A DNA stretch of 64,000 bases from Eledone cirrhosa (taxonomy: Eukaryota), in assembly GCA_964016885.1 (NCBI GenBank), contig OZ024740.1:123504001-123568000 (forward strand), given 5' to 3'. Positions 34,770-48,040 of the stretch are shown here, in pieces. Each line of letters opens with the position of its first letter. Within the stretch, counting starts at the first letter, position 1. The notes beneath the pieces were generated by a model. It was given only the letters and a program-made list of their open reading frames with translations, searched no databases and was not told the DNA's origin. The position numbers and the translations under genes were made by a program.

Positions 34770-34808
<39 letters not shown>

Positions 34809-34880
34809 CACTCATCTACACATACAACACACACACACACACATATATAAACATATACATATATATATATACACACATAT

Positions 34881-34923
<43 letters not shown>

Positions 34924-35289
34924 TACACATATATACACACACACATATATAGACACACATATATATACACACATACACGCACATATACATACTTATATAC
35001 ATACAGACATACACATACATACATATATATACACACATATACATACAGACATACATATATACATACACACATACACACATACATACACACACATACATAC
35101 ACATACATAGACATAGATATATATTCACCCACACATACGTACTTATATATACGCATATATACAAATACTTACGCATCCATATATCGGTATATACATACAA
35201 ACACCACTACACTCTCACACAACTCAGACATACAAAGAAAAAGGTATATACATATACACATATACACATACAAATAGAGATACATATAC

Positions 35290-35324
<35 letters not shown>

Positions 35325-36664
35325 CATACATATATACACATATATATACATACACATACATACATGTACACACACATACACATACATACATACACACATA
35401 CACACATACATATATAGTCACACACACACACACACACGCCTACACAAACATACACATACACATATATAAAGATATATATACACACACACATACACACACA
35501 CACATACACACACACACATATATATAAAATAAACATATATATATATACATATACACATATATACATATACACATAAGTTATATTATAATAATAAATAATA
35601 TATATATATATATACACATACGAATATATATATACACACATAGATATACATATATATATATACACACACACACACACACTCACATATATATGTGCGCACA
35701 CGTACATATATACACATACACACATATACACATAAACATATACATGTGCATACATGTACATACACACATATACCCACATAGATACGAAGATAGACATATA
35801 TATAGAGAGACATACATATACATACACATATATACATACACATACATACACACATATATATATATATACACACACATACACGCCCACACACATATACACA
35901 TATACACATATATATATATATATATACACATATATATACACATGCATATATACACATATATATATATACATATATATATACACACAATCATACATTCTTA
36001 TTTACATGCGCATATATGTATTTTTATACTCAGATATAAACACCCAAACATATATACACCTACCTACATATATATTCATACATACACGCTTACAAACACA
36101 GATGATAATAGTATGGGGGAAAGGGGGGGTGGAGAAGGGGATTATAGTAAATATATGTTTCAAGAAACATAGAATATTAATCTGTATTTGGATCTCAATA
36201 TATGTTTTTACATAGTTTCAGTGTTAGGAAATGCAAGAAATAAGGCAAAATTATGCATTTCAAAATAAGTATACCATTAATTATATGTTAACTAAACTAA
36301 AGATAGTTAACATATTGATTTCTAAGGTGTAAATTAGTTAGGTTTATAATATTTGAAGCAGAATTTTGAAGTTAAATAGTAGTAGAGTATTAATTATAGT
36401 ATAACTAAATTAAAGTTATTAACGTTATGGTATCAATATTAGGAAATGAATTTAGTAATAGGGAAAAAACAAATAAAGTATTACATCGGTAGTAGAATAT
36501 AAATTATAGGTTAACTAAATTAAAAATTATATATTAATTTCTATAGTATATGTTAATTAGGTATATAATAAATAAAACAGATATTGTATTTTATCAATAG
36601 CAGAATATAATTATATGCAAATAGAAATCAAAATTAATACATATACATATACATATACATACAC

Positions 36665-36695
<31 letters not shown>

Positions 36696-37197
36696 TACAT
36701 ACATACACATACATATACATACATACATATACATATTTTTTCAAAAATTGCAAAGAATATATTAACTAGGTATACATCCAAAACACATCCCATTCTATGA
36801 TTACATGACACTCTGCAATCCGTCTGTATTAGGATACTAATTTTAAGCCAATTAAATTAAATTTTTAGGTTGACTAAATATAAAACCAAATTATAAATAT
36901 ATTTCTAAAATGTATATTAATTAGGTCTATATTACTAAAAATTATTTCTCTGTCATTGGATACACGATATTTTGTTATATTTTATCTGTAAAGGAATTTT
37001 AATAAAGGGTTAAATAAATTAAAATTAATCTATAAATTAAATTACTAAGTATATATTAGTAATATTTAAAGGTTTTTCACAATTTATGATTACACAATAT
37101 TTTATATTCTCATCTGTAGTAGAATTTTAATTAAATTAAATTTATAGGTTAACTAACATTTAAATTAAATTATATATTAATTTCTAAAATAATGTTA

Positions 37198-38740
37198 TTA
37201 ATTAGGTTTATAATATTTAAATGTTTTTTTTAGTTTATGATTACACGATATAATTAATTCCTGTCGTTTATTTAATAGGATATCCTTAGATTTCATTATT
37301 TCAAATAGTTCTTGGGAACATAATCTACATTCATTTCTATTATTTTGATAAGGGGTGGCTCTTTTGAGCACACTCCAGGTCAAATCATATTCTATATTCT
37401 TATTTTTATAACTATTGATTTTTTCTGCTAGAGATGTTGTATTAGCCAGTGCGGCATTTTTAAAACTATGCTTGTGGGTATTAAACCTTGTCTTAAAATT
37501 GTTAGAAGTAGCTCCTATATATGAGCAAATAGAATCTTTAGTTTTAACATTACATTTATAGACTATGTTGTTAACAAGACAATTCCCTTTTAATGGGCAG
37601 TTTGCTTTGTTTCTACAGTTACAACCTTTCGTTAATTCTGTATTTGAGGAGATATTATGGTTAATTTGATGTATTGGTGGTATACTTATGGTTTTCTTAC
37701 ATTTATATGCATTATAGGTACTTATATTTTGTTTTATGTTATTTGTTGTTGAGTATGAGAATTTAACTGTAGACCTATTTAAGATTTGATGGTATTTGTG
37801 GTTTGGCGGGAAGTTTTTCTCTAGGATATAAAAAAATTTTTTAGCAATATTATCCTTAATTTGTAAATTAAATGGAGCATTATACCAAGTAACCCGTCTA
37901 TTACGGTTTCTATGTTGTTTATTATTTTTATTATTTTTATAGGTTGTATCGTGATGTTTACTAGGAGGATTTATGTTAATGATCTCACCACAACCATTTT
38001 TAGTTATATTTGTAGATTTAGGTGTTTTATCTTTTTTATTAGGAGTTTTATTATTAATATTTATTAGAGTTGTATGATGAGTAGTTTTTTGAGAGTTACT
38101 ATATTTTATATTAGAAGATTTGGTATTTTGGGGTATAGTGTGGGTGGCATTTAGGTGTGTACTTTTCATTTGGTGTTTGTTGGTAATATTAGGTTGTATG
38201 CTTTTAGTATTTTTAGTAGAAGGTATATATTCTAATCTATTTTTGTGGCCACTTCTATCTAGAGTTTCGTTATAGAAGGTCGCATTTTTATCAAATACAT
38301 CTTGGTTAGAAGAAAGGTTAGAAATTCTAAGTGATATATTATATGCAAGGTTTTTAAGGATAGATTTAGGGTGATTAGATTGTGAGTGTATGTAATGTAA
38401 GTTTTGGTTTGGTTTATGGTAAGGTTGGTAGATACCCGTAGCTAAATCTAAAGTTATATCTAGGAAATTTACTACTTTACTTGTTTTTTCAAAAGTAATA
38501 TGAAGATTATAATAGTCTTTAAGGAAAGTTCTAATATGTTTTTTGTTTTTTTCTATTTCTGAAAGGCTAAGGTTGTTAGAAAGAAGAAGACAGTCATCAC
38601 GATATAAACCACCTTTAAGGTGGGGAAAGGAGGCATTTATGTTGAAAAGGAGAAAGAGGCCCACAAGATCAGTAATTTGGGCGGAATCGCTTGAACCCAT
38701 AGTAATATCAAATAGATTACTATATGTGTTTCCAAATCTT
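37198..38740 (-). pseudogene. PLE RT (from the FDITMG motif) + GIY-YIG, open but 5'-truncated
   Basis: FDITMGSSDSAQITDLVG, GLYRDDCL, NFLDITL, CNCRNKANCPLKGNCL, IVYKC...YIGATSNNFKTRF, CRLC...CNH. The ~30 N-terminal residues of the listed ORF come from a duplicated fragment. Confidence 0.92.
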
Positions 38741-38884
38741 AGGTTTATAATATTTAAATGTTTTTTTAGTTTATGATTACACGATATAATTAATTCCTGT
38801 CGTTTATTTAATAGGATATCCTTAGATTTCATTATTTCAAATAGTTCTTGGGAACATAATCTACATTCATTTCTATTATTTTGA

Positions 38885-39812
38885 TACCAAATCTTCTAAT
38901 ATAAAATATAGTAACTCTCAAAAAACTACTCATCATACAACTCTAATAAATATTAATAATAAAACTCCTAATAAAAAAGATAAAACACCTAAATCTACAA
39001 ATATAACTAAAAATGGTTGTGGTGAGATCATTAACATAAATCCTCCTAGTAAACATCACGATACAACCTATAAAAATAATAAAAATAATAAACAACATAG
39101 AAACCGTAATAGACGGGTTACTTGGTATAATGCTCCATTTAATTTACAAATTAAGGATAATATTGCTAAAAAATTTTTTTATATCCTAGAGAAAAACTTC
39201 CCGCCAAACCACAAATACCATCAAATCTTAAATAGGTCTACAGTTAAATTCTCATACTCAACAACAAATAACATAAAACAAAATATAAGTACCTATAATG
39301 CATATAAATGTAAGAAAACCATAAGTATACCACCAATACATCAAATTAACCATAATATCTCCTCAAATACAGAATTAACGAAAGGTTGTAACTGTAGAAA
39401 CAAAGCAAACTGCCCATTAAAAGGGAATTGTCTTGTTAACAACATAGTCTATAAATGTAATGTTAAAACTAAAGATTCTATTTGCTCATATATAGGAGCT
39501 ACTTCTAACAATTTTAAGACAAGGTTTAATACCCACAAGCATAGTTTTAAAAATGCCGCACTGGCTAATACAACATCTCTAGCAGAAAAAATCAATAGTT
39601 ATAAAAATAAGAATATAGAATATGATTTGACCTGGAGTGTGCTCAAAAGAGCCACCCCTTATCAAAATAATAGAAATGAATGTAGATTATGTTCCCAAGA
39701 ACTATTTGAAATAATGAAATCTAAGGATATCCTATTAAATAAACGACAGGAATTAATTATATCGTGTAATCATAAACTAAAAAAAACATTTAAATATTAT
39801 AAACCTAATTAA
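38885..39812 (+). pseudogene. Inverted partial copy of the same PLE ORF (linker + GIY-YIG)
   Basis: Reverse complement of 37198-38125. Confidence 0.9.
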
Positions 39813-40314
39813 TAACATTATTTTAGAAATTAATATATAATTTAATTTAAATGTTAGTTAACCTATAAATTTAATTTAATTAAAATTCTACTACAGATGA
39901 GAATATAAAATATTGTGTAATCATAAATTGTGAAAAACCTTTAAATATTACTAATATATACTTAGTAATTTAATTTATAGATTAATTTTAATTTATTTAA
40001 CCCTTTATTAAAATTCCTTTACAGATAAAATATAACAAAATATCGTGTATCCAATGACAGAGAAATAATTTTTAGTATTATAGACCTAATTAATATACAT
40101 TTTAGAAATATATTTATAATTTGGTTTTATATTTAGTCAACCTAAAAATTTAATTTAATTGGCTTAAAATTAGTATCCTAATACAGACGGATTGCAGAGT
40201 GTCATGTAATCATAGAATGGGATGTGTTTTGGATGTATACCTAGTTAATATATTCTTTGCAATTTTTGAAAAAATATGTATATGTATGTATGTATATGTA
40301 TGTGTATGTATGTA

Positions 40315-40349
<35 letters not shown>

Positions 40350-41646
40350 GTGTATGTATATGTATATGTATATGTATTAATTTTGATTTCTATTTGCATA
40401 TAATTATATTCTGCTATTGATAAAATACAATATCTGTTTTATTTATTATATACCTAATTAACATATACTATAGAAATTAATATATAATTTTTAATTTAGT
40501 TAACCTATAATTTATATTCTACTACCGATGTAATACTTTATTTGTTTTTTCCCTATTACTAAATTCATTTCCTAATATTGATACCATAACGTTAATAACT
40601 TTAATTTAGTTATACTATAATTAATACTCTACTACTATTTAACTTCAAAATTCTGCTTCAAATATTATAAACCTAACTAATTTACACCTTAGAAATCAAT
40701 ATGTTAACTATCTTTAGTTTAGTTAACATATAATTAATGGTATACTTATTTTGAAATGCATAATTTTGCCTTATTTCTTGCATTTCCTAACACTGAAACT
40801 ATGTAAAAACATATATTGAGATCCAAATACAGATTAATATTCTATGTTTCTTGAAACATATATTTACTATAATCCCCTTCTCCCCCCCCCCCTTTCCCCC
40901 ATACTATTATCATCTGTGTTTGTAAGCGTGTATGTATGAATATATATGTAGGTAGGTGTATATATGTTTGGGTGTTTATATCTGAGTATAAAAATACATA
41001 TATGCGCATGGAATAAGAATGTATGATTGTGTGTATATATATATGTATATATATATATGTGTATATATGCATGTGTATATATATGTGTATATATATATAT
41101 ATATATATGTGTATATGTGTATATGTGTGTGGGCGTGTATGTGTGTGTATATATATATATATGTGTGTATGTATGTGTATGTATATATGTGTATGTATAT
41201 GTATGTCTCTCTATATATATGTCTATCTTCGTATCTATGTGAGTATATGTGTGTATGTACATGTATGCACATGTATATGTTTATGTGTATATGTGTGTAT
41301 GTGTATATATGTACGTGTGCGCACATATATATGTGAGTGTGTGTGTGTGTGTGTATATATATATATGTATATCTATGTGTGTATATATATATTCGTATGT
41401 GTATATATATATATATATATTATTTATTATTATAATATAACTTATGTGTATATGTATATATGTGAAGGTGTCTATATGTATATATATGTATATATATGTG
41501 TAAAAATATATATGTGTATGTGTGTTTTTGTGTGTGTGTATATATATGTATATATGTGTGTATGTATGTGGTTGTATGTGTGTTTATGGTTGTATGTGTG
41601 TGTGGGTATATATATATAGATGTGTGTGTATGTATATATATATATG

Positions 41647-41725
<79 letters not shown>

Positions 41726-42047
41726 ATATGTATCTCTATTAATGTGTGTATATATGTATATGTATATACCTTTTTCTTTGTATGTCTGAGTTGTGTGAGA
41801 GTGTAGTGGTGTTTGTATGTATATACGCATATATGGATGCGTATGTATTTGTATATATGCGTATATGTAAGTGCGTATGTGTGTATGAATATATATCTAT
41901 GTCTATGTATGAGTATGTATGTGTGTGTATGTATGTGTGTGTGTATGTATGTATGTATGTGTGTATGTGTGTATATATATATATATGTATGTGTGTATAT
42001 GTATGTATGTATGTGTATGTATGTACATATATGTGTATGTATATGTG

Positions 42048-42086
<39 letters not shown>

Positions 42087-42280
42087 GTTTATTTTATATA
42101 TATGTGTGTGTGTGTATGTGTGTGTGTATATATATCTTTATATATGTGTATGTGTATGTTTGTGTAGGTGTGTGTGTGTGTGTGTGACTATATATGTATG
42201 TGTGTATGTGTGTATGTATGTATGTGTATGTGTGTGTACATGTATGTATGTGTATGTATATATATGTGTATATATGTATG

Positions 42281-42317
<37 letters not shown>

Positions 42318-42683
42318 GTATATGTATCTCTATTTGTATGTGTATATGTGTATATGTATATACCTTTTTCTTTGTATGTCTGAGTTGTGTGAGAGTGTAG
42401 TGGTGTTTGTATGTATATACCGATATATGGATGCGTAAGTATTTGTATATATGCGTATATATAAGTACGTATGTGTGGGTGAATATATATCTATGTCTAT
42501 GTATGAGTATGTATGTGTGTGTATGTATGTGTGTATGTGTGTATGTATATATGTATGTCTGTATGTATATGTGTGTATATATATGTATGTATGTGTATGT
42601 CTGTATGTATATAAGTATGTATATGTGCGTGTATGTGTGTATATATATGTGTGTCTATATATGTGTGTGTGTATATATGTGTA

Positions 42684-42730
<47 letters not shown>

Positions 42731-42802
42731 ATATGTGTGTATATATATATATGTATATGTTTATATATGTGTGTGTGTGTGTGTTGTATGTGTAGATGAG
42801 TG

Positions 42803-42841
<39 letters not shown>

Positions 42842-43454
42842 TTTCTTGATATATTTCTTTTTTCTTTTTTCTTTTTCTTTTCTTTTCTTTTTATTTCTAA
42901 GTTTATAGATACATCTATAAATAAGCAGTCTGCCCAAACAGTTGAATACTGACCTCTCCCCCCCTCCCACCTAATTTCTGTATCTTGATCTAAATGTGTG
43001 TGGCAGTGTTTATGTGAGTGAATTAATATCCATGTGCTTATGATAATATTATATCCACATATATATGTGTGTGAGGGTGTGTGTGTGTATGTATGTTCGT
43101 AATTATGTGTATGTTTATGCATATACGCGCGCGTGTGTGTGAGTGTACGGATATGTGTGAGTATGAGAATATGTGTATACACTTATTTCATATTTATGTG
43201 TCTATACGCATTTTATCTGTGGATTATAAGCTTACAGAGACATTAGCCTTGAATTTTTGTATTTGCATACATCTTTTTGGCATGCGTATGCATGTTGAGC
43301 ATATATCTTTGTATAAATATGTGTACGGGGTTAGTTACATGTATATACACACACCAAACTGCATAAAACTTTTTGTATTTTCATTGGTCAATTTTGAACT
43401 CCGTTCCCAAACGGACCTGAAATTTTGAATTGTTGTTATTATCAATAAATATAT

Positions 43455-43609
43455 TTCATTATTTCTGAAGACGGCATATATGTGTGTTTGGTATGTATAT
43501 TTAATCTTGATAGTTTGTATAATTTTGTATAATTTTGTACATAGATCTGTTGAATATGCATGCCAATTCTAACACATATATATCCTAGAAACGATCGTTA
43601 AATAATGAA
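43455..43609 (+). ncRNA. Type I HHR with 116-nt stem II
   Basis: UUCAUUAUUU-CUGAAGA-[AUAUAUGUGU/ACACAUAUAU; UUGGUAUGUAUAUUUAA/UUGAAUAUGCAUGCCAA]-GAAA-CGAUCG-UU-AAAUAAUGAA; perfect 10-bp stem I. Confidence 0.82.
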
Positions 43610-43669
43610 CATTTTTTGTTTAATATAAGGAACTGTTTCATTGTTTTTTTCATAATTTGTTTAATATTT

Positions 43670-43732
<63 letters not shown>

Positions 43733-43756
43733 TTTATATATATATATATATTTATA

Positions 43757-43798
<42 letters not shown>

Positions 43799-43831
43799 TT
43801 TATATATATATATATATATTTATATATATTT

Positions 43832-43862
<31 letters not shown>

Positions 43863-43891
43863 TTTATATATATATTTTATATATATATATT

Positions 43892-43966
<75 letters not shown>

Positions 43967-43993
43967 TTTATATATATATATTTATATATATAT

Positions 43994-44975
43994 AAAAACA
44001 AATAACGAAACGAAATTAAATTTCGTTTCGTTTGTAACTCACTTTTGTATGACTGGCGCTTAAACAATTAAGTTAAAGATGTACATCCACATATGTATAC
44101 TGAAATACTAGTATGCATATGAATACACACACGTATACATATGTAGATGCACCAAGTCTTTCACTGGTCACTTTACTGTGAGTGGCCAGCTATTCTGTAT
44201 GTAAACACACAGACAAAGCGGTTTTTAGAGTCATACTGGTTTTTGAGGAAACACCTTTCCTCTATTCTCCAGAAAGCCAGACAAGGAATATTGAACTAGT
44301 TTCGTTGTTGTTACAACTCATCAGCAATATTTACCTATCTTCCGGCCTTTCTGGAGAATCGTAAAAGCACATATCGTTATATGCTTTTTCTATGAAAATT
44401 AGTAGTGGGCAGACTAATTTGCATAGAGTGTGAGTACGTACCGGTTCAACGGAGACGATAAAAACAAATAACGAAACGAAATTAAATTTCGTTTCGTTTG
44501 TAACTCAGTTTAAGCGTCAGTCATACAAAAGTGAGTTACAAACGAAACGAAATTTAATTTCGTTTCGTTATTTGTTTTTATCGTCTCCGTTGAACCGGTA
44601 CGTACACACACTCTATGCAAATTAGTCTGCCCACTACTAATTTTCATAGAAAAAGCATATAACGATATGTGCTTTTACGATTCTCCAGAAAGGCCGGTAG
44701 ATAGGTAAATATTGCTGATGAGTTGTAACAACAACGAAACTAGTTCAATATTCCTTGTCTGGCTTTCTGGAGAATAGAGGAAAGGTGTTTCCTCAAAAAC
44801 CAGTATGACTCTAAAAACCGATTTGTCTGTGTGTTTACATACAGAATAGCTGGCCAGTCACCGTAAAGTGACTAGTGAAAGACTTGGTACATCTACATAT
44901 GTATACGTGTGTGTATTCATATGCATACTAGTATTTCAGTATACATATGTGGATGTACATTTTTAACTTAATTGT
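43994..44975. mobile_element. Retrozyme-like head-to-head pair (~466 bp unit), divergent member of the 'octamer' group
   Basis: 43994 recurs at 44460; 44508-44975 is an inverted copy; HHRs at 44287-44331 (-) and 44708-44752 (+). Confidence 0.85.
44708..44752 (+). ncRNA. Minimal type I hammerhead ribozyme (minus-strand copy 44287-44331)
   Basis: AAUAUUG-CUGAUGA-GUUG(UAACAA)CAAC-GAAA-CUAG-UU-CAAUAUU; stems I and II fully paired, palindromic ACUAGU stem III. Confidence 0.9.
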
Positions 44976-45054
44976 TTATATATATATATATATATTTATA
45001 TATTTATATATATATATTTATATATATATATATTTATATATTTATATATATATT

Positions 45055-45129
<75 letters not shown>

Positions 45130-45193
45130 ATATATATATATATATATGTTTATATATATATATATATATATGCTTATATATGTATATATATAT

Positions 45194-47108
45194 GCAAAAG
45201 AAACTGCCTCAGTACACTGCAAGATTGGACCACTCTTCCACACGGACGGTTCATTAACCGAAAATCCCCAAGAGATATGTGAAATACTGAACGAACAGTA
45301 CAAAAGTGTCTTCACATGTCCACTGAGGCACATGCAAATAACGAAGCCAGAGGAGTTCTTTGATGCCACAACACTACATCAAGAAATGGCAACCATCAAC
45401 CACATAGACATAACGGAGGAGGATGTGGTGTACGCCATTGATGAAATTAGAACAGACTCGGCTGCTGGACCTGATGGATTCCCAGCAGTTCTCCTAAAAA
45501 TATGTAAGCGGGCCTTAGCAACTCCACTGAAGATGCTCTTCAGAAGCTCCTTGGCTAGCGGTGTACTACCCAGGGAGCTGAAAGAAGGCACAATATGCCC
45601 TATCCATAAAGGAGGTAGTAGAGCGGAGGCCAAGAACTATAGGCCAGTCTCCCTGACGTCGCATATCAGTAAGGTCATGGAGCGAGTCGTCAGAAAGAAA
45701 CTAATCACTTTCCTCGAAGAAAATGACCGCCTGACTAGCACGCAACATGGCTTCCGCCCAGGAAGAAGCTGCCTTACACAGCTGCTACATCACTACGACT
45801 GGGTACTGAGACAGCTACTAGACAGCTCACATGTAGACGTGATATATCTTGACTTTGCGAAGGCCTTTGACAAGGTCGACCACGGAATGATATGTCACAA
45901 ACTACACGGACTCGGCATAACTGGAAAAGTAGGTGAGTGGCTGCATGGCTTTCTGAGGGACAGAAGCCAGGCAGTCGCAGCAAATGGGGCCCTCTCGAGG
46001 GAAACACCGATAACAAGTGGGGTGCCTCAGGGGACAGTCCTGGGACCACTACTGTTTTTGGTGGCTCTCTCGGACATGCCCTCTGTGGTGCATGCAACAA
46101 CATCCCTCACTAGCTATGCTGATGACACTAAGGTAGCACAGGCAATCAAAAACCCGGCTGACGCTGCCCTCTTACAGCAGGATCTGGATGCCATATACAG
46201 ATGGGCGGAAGAAAACAACATGCAGTTTAATGCTGGCAAATTCCAAGCCCTACAATACAAACCTGCAAACACAAACACAAATATAGCGGAACACAGCTAC
46301 ACAGGACCAGGAGGGACCGATATCCCCGTGTCAAAATCGATACGAGACCTGGGCATAGACATGAGCGATGATGCATCTTTTTCTTCACACATCATGAAGG
46401 TGGCGACAGCATGTAGACGATTCGCTGGCTGGATCTTGAGGCCTTTCCTTACAAGAGATTGAGACACCATGTTGACACTGTGGAGGACTTTTGTCCTAAG
46501 CCGCCTGGACTACTGCTCCCAGCTGTGGTCACCCCATAGTGTCAAACTAACCACAGAGCTTGAGGCAATCCAGCGAAGCTACACCAAGAGGATTGCCAAG
46601 ATGAGGGAGACAAGCTACTGGGAGAGGCTGAAGGAACTGAACCTCTACTCCTTGGAGCGAAGACGGGAGAGATACGCAGTGATCTACATGTGGAAAATCC
46701 TGGAGGGACTAGCACCAAACTTTGGCATTGGGAGCTGGACCAACCGTCGAACAGGACGTCACTGTGTGGTGCCAAAGGTCCCGTCTTCCACATCTAGAAT
46801 AAGGAGCAGGTATTGCAATAGCCTGGGATTCAAGGGCCCTCAACTCTTCAACAGGCTGCCGAGGCATCTGCGAGACTTGCATGACGTGGAGGTGGATGTC
46901 TTTAAGAAACATCTCGACACCTTGTTATCCAGGATCCCGGATGAGCCCACAGCAAGACACGAGGGAAACCTAAGGGCAGCAGCAACAAACTCCCTCCTAC
47001 ACCAGTGGCCAAACTATACAGGCTGGAGATAAAATGTGTAGCAACAAGGGCGGTGCTCCAGCATGGCCTCAGCCGGATGGCTGAAACAGGTAAAAGAGTA
47101 AAAGAGTA
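45194..47108 (+). mobile_element. 5'-truncated CR1-group non-LTR retrotransposon with a (GTAAAAGA)n tail
   Basis: RT motifs AAGPDG, KNYRPVSLTS, QHGFRPGRSC, YLDFAKAFDKVDH, GVPQGTVLGPLLF, YADDTK, RDLGI, LDYCSQLWSP. One in-frame TGA at 46460. 3' UTR GGCGGTGCTCCAGCATGGCC...GGCTGAAACAGGTAAAAGAGTAAAAGAG. Confidence 0.9.
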
Positions 47109-47338
47109 TATATGCTTATATATATATATATATATATATATGTTTATATATATATATATATATATGCTTATATATGAATATATATATATATATATGCTTA
47201 TATATGAATATATATATATATATGCTTATATATGAATATATATATATATATATATATGTTTATATATATATATATATATGCTTATATATGAATATATATA
47301 TATATATATGCTTATATATGAATATATATATATATATA

Positions 47339-47379
<41 letters not shown>

Positions 47380-47558
47380 TTATATATGAATATATATATA
47401 TATATATGCTTATATATGAATATATATATATATATATGCATATATATATATATATATATATATGCTTATATATGAATATATATATATATATATATGCTTA
47501 TATATGAATATATATATATATATATATGCTTATATATGAATATATATATATATATATG

Positions 47559-47605
<47 letters not shown>

Positions 47606-47670
47606 TTATATATATATATGCTTATATATATATATGCTTATATATATATATGCTTATATATATATATATG

Positions 47671-47706
<36 letters not shown>

Positions 47707-48040
47707 GTTTATATATATATATATATTAATATGTTATAGCGGCGATGAATTAGTTTTGCGAGGTTTTTTTATATGAAATCGTGTGTCTAAACAAATATTG
47801 TTATACTTGGGGAGGGTCATATTTGTGTAATATTGCCAGAATTAATTACAGAACACACTCACTGTTTGGTTGGTTTTCGCTTCTGGCTTCTGTGTCTTTT
47901 ATATCGGTAATCTAATATACTCGGTCCTCAATGTTGCCATTGACTGACCGGCGGTCAAAAATAATACAGATACAATATAGACACAAACACATATATATAG
48001 TTTATCATGAATCTTTCGTTGCACATCTGCAACATCGTCA

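Larger units (their letters stand above)
33800..43670. mobile_element. ~10 kb head-to-head palindromic insertion of a Hydra-like PLE
   Basis: Left arm (minus-strand copy, 33800-38740) and right arm (plus-strand copy, ~38885-43670) are reverse complements from ~38125 outward; an HHR lies near each outer end. Confidence 0.9.

Noticed and set aside
38741-38832. N-terminus MKSKDILL... of the 544-aa ORF as a real start or domain permutation
   Set aside because: It is a duplicated copy of the ORF's own C-terminal sequence at the inversion junction.
46460-46462. TGA readthrough in the LINE RT
   Set aside because: Most simply a CGA>TGA-type substitution in a dead, truncated copy.
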